This document shows, one piece after another, positions 59,349-64,000 of a DNA stretch of 64,000 nucleotides (position 1 is the stretch's first letter; each line of letters begins with the position of its first letter). This DNA comes from Macrostomum lignano. Lineage: Eukaryota. The notes beneath the pieces are model-generated. The model worked only from the letters and a program-made list of their open reading frames with translations, did no database searches and was not told where the DNA came from. The stretch lies in assembly GCA_002269645.1 (NCBI GenBank), contig NIVC01000247.1:62001-126000 (forward strand), read 5' to 3'. A program made the position numbers and the translations under genes.

Positions 59349-61385
59349 TTCGCTGCTCGGTGAGAGGCTTGGGGTAAAGGGTAGTTTCTGCAACGCTCCA
59401 GGTTTTAAAAGTGTCGAAACGTTACCGATTTAGATGGCAACGCTGTTTGAGCAATCAGCGCTGTTTTGGAGAAGCGTGTCGCCCTCCATTGGGCAGTTGG
59501 GGATTTCTGATTTCCTACTCAAATAGGTCGTACTTTAAGGGCATTTCAAGCTATCCAAAAAGACAATTAACAGAAATACACAGGGCCTAATTTTCCCAGG
59601 TCCCGCAAACAACGGTGTGGCGAACTATCCGTGCAGGATGAGTCTGGTTTGGCCTCTTACCTTAGCCAGGGATGCTCTCACTGCCTCTATTCGATCAGTG
59701 GGATGATAGTTCAAGCGACCTTGTCTCCTATTTTGCACATTGCAAGGTGCCCTTTGGAAGGTACTCGTGCCGTGGGTGTTAAGGCAGGCCTCCTGGGTCT
59801 TGTCGAGCTGATTCCTTGGCGTAGGAGGTCCTTGTGAGACCATAAACTCGCCTCTAAGGTCCCAGTGTAACTCCGTGCCAATGGAAGCTTTACCAGAGAG
59901 CAGTCTGGTAGCATTCCCCATGGGCCCTTGAATCCTACGGTATTTTTTCTTTGAGGATGCAGCTTGTGGCTCTGTGCATGTGTTCTTCAAGAAGTCACAC
60001 CTTCATTGTCACTTTAATCCAATGGCTTCTATTCGAAGGATGAAGTGGATGACACAGTGCCTCAGGCTTCGGACACAGACTCAAACCAGGTGTCGTGATG
60101 CCAGTGTTGGTCGGTCCGACCCTTATATACATTTAGATTATAATTTAGATATTTCCTCGTCAGGAACGGTGACCCAAAAGCCCGTGGTCCGGAACTCGTG
60201 CCTATCATATCAAGCTGTAGCAGATTGAGACATTTGAGGAACTTCCTATCCTAAGACCTGAATCCCAATACTGAATGTTAAGTAAAGTAAAATATAGTTG
60301 GAATTGCATCACGTGTCCTTTAATTAGAAGTTTTCTGTTACGAGCGTGCTTAGGCAAAAAAACACAGAACAACCCCTGCAGGTTAACTGACTATTTACTG
60401 GCTGCTACAATTTTCTCAAAAGCGGATTTCTCAAAATTGTGATTGTTCGTACGAGCGTATGCTCAAGAAGCCACATTGTCTTATAGTAGTTGAAGTGCTC
60501 GCCAACTGAAATGGCCGATGCTGCTCATTCCAGTGAGTTTTTTCAAAGGTCTCTACCTCCTTTGCCCACAAAGAGGTTTGCCGGCAGCGTAAGCAATCAG
60601 CACAAAAAGTAGTTTATGGGATTGAATAATAGTGTAGTTTGCCACAGACCGTTTTTTGGATGTATTTTGCGCATCATGCGCTCGGTGTAGTGCCTATTAG
60701 TAGCATTTCTAGCATTCAAAAGCAGTGTTTAACTTTCTTTGTAAAAAAATATTAAAACATTTGACTAGCAGACGAGCCTAACAAAAGTATAAATGCTTAA
60801 CAGACAAGATTTTATTTGTAGGGGCCGCAACTACAAAGTGACGTCAGTGTAAGCGATAAATTCAATTTAGACTACTGAGAAATGTAGACAAATAAAAATT
60901 TGAATCGTAAAATGTCTTTTTAAACACAGTGTGGTCCGAAAACATTATAGCCATAAAAGAAACGTTTGGCAATGGCTGAGCGATAAAGGCAAAACACTCC
61001 GTCTGACTTAGCGAGGTTATCCCCCCCTCCAAATTTTAGTGTATCACAGTTGATATCAGCGTTCAAAACTCAGCCTTCAGCGGAGAACGACGTGGTTGCA
61101 GCCGCCACCAGATAAGTCCGCAGGAACCCACACGACCTTCGCACAGGGCGAAGGCCTGCATATCAATCACTCAAAGAGCTGCGCAACCAAGCTGTGAGGC
61201 CCACCAAGACATCAGAGCGACGGATCAAGACTACGAGTCGCTCCCCCCCCCCGGAGCCGTAAATATACCAAAAATATCGTCTGTTATAGAATTAGGCAAT
61301 TGCTGCAGAGTTAGGTTTTTCATTAAATCCAGTTTTAACCAGTCACCGAGTTGTTTTACTCTTTCAATTCTATCCACCTATAAAC

Positions 61386-61470
61386 CAGGGGTCGGAAAAC
61401 TCCGGCACGAGCCTCTCTATCCGGCCCTCCGGTCCGCTGAAACTTCACTATGGCAATCCGGCCCTCTCAA
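61386..61470 (+). mobile_element. hAT-type MITE terminal fragment
   Basis: CAGGGGTCGGAAAACTCCGGC...CCGGCCCTC end motif. Confidence 0.55.
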
Positions 61471-61692
61471 TTCTTTTTAAAGGGTAAACCCGCTTGGCGA
61501 AAACTTCCAGTCTATAGAGCACAAAACTCACAAAGCTGCAGTTTTTGTCAGACAAAAGAACTGAAAAGAACTGTGAGCTATGGGTTTAATAACTCATGGT
61601 GGCTGTGCAGTATCTGCGAGCCTTGTCTCATATCCGTCGGTGTATCCTAACCCTAAGCTATGGCGGAGTCTTTTGAATGCGTGCTCCATCTA

Positions 61693-61955
61693 TTCCGATG
61701 GAGAAGAGAGCCTGCAACTCTTCTCTCCGATGGAGAAGAAGGATGGATTCTCTTCTCTCTCTCTGCAACTCTCCGATGGAGAAGAGAGCCTGCAACTCTT
61801 CTCTCCGATGGAGAAGAAGGATGGATTCTCTTCTCTCTCTCTGCAACTCTCCGATGGAGAAGAGAGCCTGCAACTCTTCTCTCCGATGGAGAAGAAGGAT
61901 GGATTCTCTTCTCTCTCTCTCTGCAACTCTCCGATGGAGAAGAGAGCCTGCAACT
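61693..61955. repeat. 78-bp tandem repeat x3.4 upstream of lectin copy D
   Basis: Unit starts at 61695, 61773, 61851 and 61931; absent from the paralogous promoters of copies A and C. Confidence 0.93.
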
Positions 61956-62246
61956 AAAAAGGTCGCACTAAAAGCCATAAAAAATTGCATATTCTATCGT
62001 AAGCAAACGATCCTATTCATGAACAGGCGCTGCTTCGGTTGAATGCTCTCTATAACTAAGTTGACTATTCAAAGCTCTCATTTAATTCAATGCGCACGAA
62101 AACAGTGAATTCAATTGTCTGCCAGCCAAGTTTGCGCGGATACATAGATGCAATATCTCTCAAGCTTATAAATTAGGATTGCTTCGTGTGCCATGAAAGA
62201 CACAAATTTCCACGTCTCGTTTGAGTCTCACTGCTAAAGCTAGACG

Positions 62247-63303
62247 ATGCAAACTTTTACGTTGGTCTTCGGCATCAGCGCTTTGCTTCTAGCCACCTCA
62301 CAGCAGGTGGACTGCGTATTCTGTCCGCCAGGATGGCTGTTGACAACCTCGCGCGGACTGTGCATCGGGACTCCGTCATTTCAAGCCGCTGCAGGCATCC
62401 GGGCAGCTACGGCCGCTGATTTCTGCGGCAGAGCCGTCAGGCAGGCTGGTCTGGCGAGCTCAGCAGCCGACCCGGATGTGCTTCGGTTGGGGCAGAAGCT
62501 GGCGAAGGGACGGCGACTGTGGGTTTCCGGCTGTTCGAAAGCTTCGATCGAACGGAATGAGTAAGGCTGCTGTCTAGTTCTGTTTTTCGGGGGTTCAGCA
62601 TTTAGCACGACTGCCGACTCTCACGGCTCATCAGGGGTTCGATTCCCTTGTAAGCGCTAGCCGGCCTCATAAGTTAAGGTCTCCTGCAATAAAATGCGAT
62701 CCCGGGGCTTGTCATGCAATCAATGACCATGAGGGCCAACCATCCAGGCACAGAGCGGGTCAGGGTTGCTGCACACAGTGCCGAAAGTCCCCCTAGACAC
62801 TTGATTACTATATATTTTGTCCATCGGTTTCTGTGGAAAGCTTCCGAGGGTCACCTTTATTGATCAATTAAACGAATCCAAACCGTATAACCTCTCCGAA
62901 ATGTCGCAATTGTTGCAGTGAAAGTCATCAGTGCTGCGCAATCAATCCCGTTGATGGAAAAATCACGCCAACAGCTTGTTCGGAGCTGCTCCCTCCTCTG
63001 TGCTCCGCGCCTCCCTTGCTAAGCCGGCAGAAGCGCCAATACTCTTACTACTACTACTTATACTCCACCACAACGCGTTCACCTTACTACGACTCGTACT
63101 ATTACTCAAGCGGCGCTTATGTAGGATTGGTTATCGGTGTGATTTTGGCAATTTTAATACCAATAGTGATTGTTGTGCTTGTGATCTGGTGCTGCTGCAA
63201 GTGCTGCAAAAGCAAGACGGTTGTCGTAAATCCAGTGCGTCAGCCTCAGCCTATGGGTATGGGAGTGAACATTGTGAATGTTCAGAATATGCAGCACCAC
63301 TGA
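62247..63303 (+). CDS. C-type-lectin-like type-I membrane protein, copy D
   Basis: Exon 1 62247-62560 and exon 2 62919-63303; RQKR-QYSYYYYLYSTTTRSPYYDSYYYSSG-TM-WCCCKCCK. Confidence 0.85.
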
Positions 63304-64000
63304 TTGAGGACTGCTAGCTAGACTGTTACTTTTGTAGCAATTGATACACTCGAACTTTATGAATGTCCGTATAATTCAACAAAAAACCTAGCTTTTAGCG
63401 CCACTGCAAAGTGACAGGACCTTAGTGTACCATGTACTTACTGCATGTTCACATTTAGATTTGGTATTTGGTAAATATATTAATAATTGTTTATTTTTAA
63501 CTGTCTGTAACGATTTTTATTCAAAGTTCTTATATTACAGCGCTTTTGAAAGTTTCAATTTATAAACCAAACGCTGACTATATTGTAGTTCACCATTTTT
63601 ACTCATTGCAGTTTTACTCGTAGAGCAAAAAATAGCGTCTTTGAAATAATGCTGCAGTATCATGAGATATAAAATATAAACACTTCTATTTTGTTTTTTT
63701 TCACCAAGGAAAACTTGGTAATTCATATTCGATACAGTGTAAATCTTTTGAAAGCACCTCCGGTTTCGGGTTTTGTAAGTGAATGGAGAGCGGCGATCAG
63801 TGAAAGTACGTTAATTAATTGTGCACAAAATTTTGGCGTTCACAAAACAAAGTTCTGTGCTCTAAGATTTTTTAAAATTTACGGCTAATATAAAATGTGA
63901 AAAATAATTCGTACACACTGTGCATAAAACTTACTAATGACAGTAGCGCAAGCGCCGCGATTAAGCCGCGCGGCCCCGCGCAACCCCTTTGTAATTAATT

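Noticed and set aside
59625-60240. GC-richer stretch with short ORFs, possible retroelement relic
   Set aside because: No recognisable RT, endonuclease or gag motif in any frame by eye.

Overview
This is eukaryotic (invertebrate animal) genomic DNA, judged from short GT-AG introns, TTAGGG repeats and metazoan gene families. The gene content is reminiscent of a free-living flatworm such as Macrostomum, but that is an inference only. The window is a repeat-rich, tandemly duplicated cluster of immunity-type genes. It holds: (i) a ~960-aa gene of 10 ankyrin repeats fused to a cGAS/Mab-21-like nucleotidyltransferase (cGLR), with an intact catalytic triad but a 1-nt frameshift in ankyrin repeat 1; (ii) a multi-exon gene for a predicted N-myristoylated ankyrin-repeat caspase, plus a truncated, nonsense-bearing paralog; (iii) three full secreted WSC+PAN/Apple genes and two fragments; and (iv) four copies of a type-I membrane protein built as C-type-lectin-like domain, RQKR furin site, Tyr-rich stub, TM helix and Cys cluster. 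Mobile DNA includes a Ngaro-type tyrosine-recombinase retrotransposon with split direct repeats, whose recombinase HxxR motif is interrupted by a 1036-bp THAP-only P-like element. There is also a Penelope end with a minimal hammerhead ribozyme, an internally deleted piggyBac, head-to-tail non-autonomous Helitrons carrying satellites and telomere-like repeats, a SINE, a solo LTR and a Crypton-like fragment. Most long ORFs in the supplied track over the micro/minisatellites are artefacts. Exon models were derived by hand from splice consensus and frame consistency, without transcript data.
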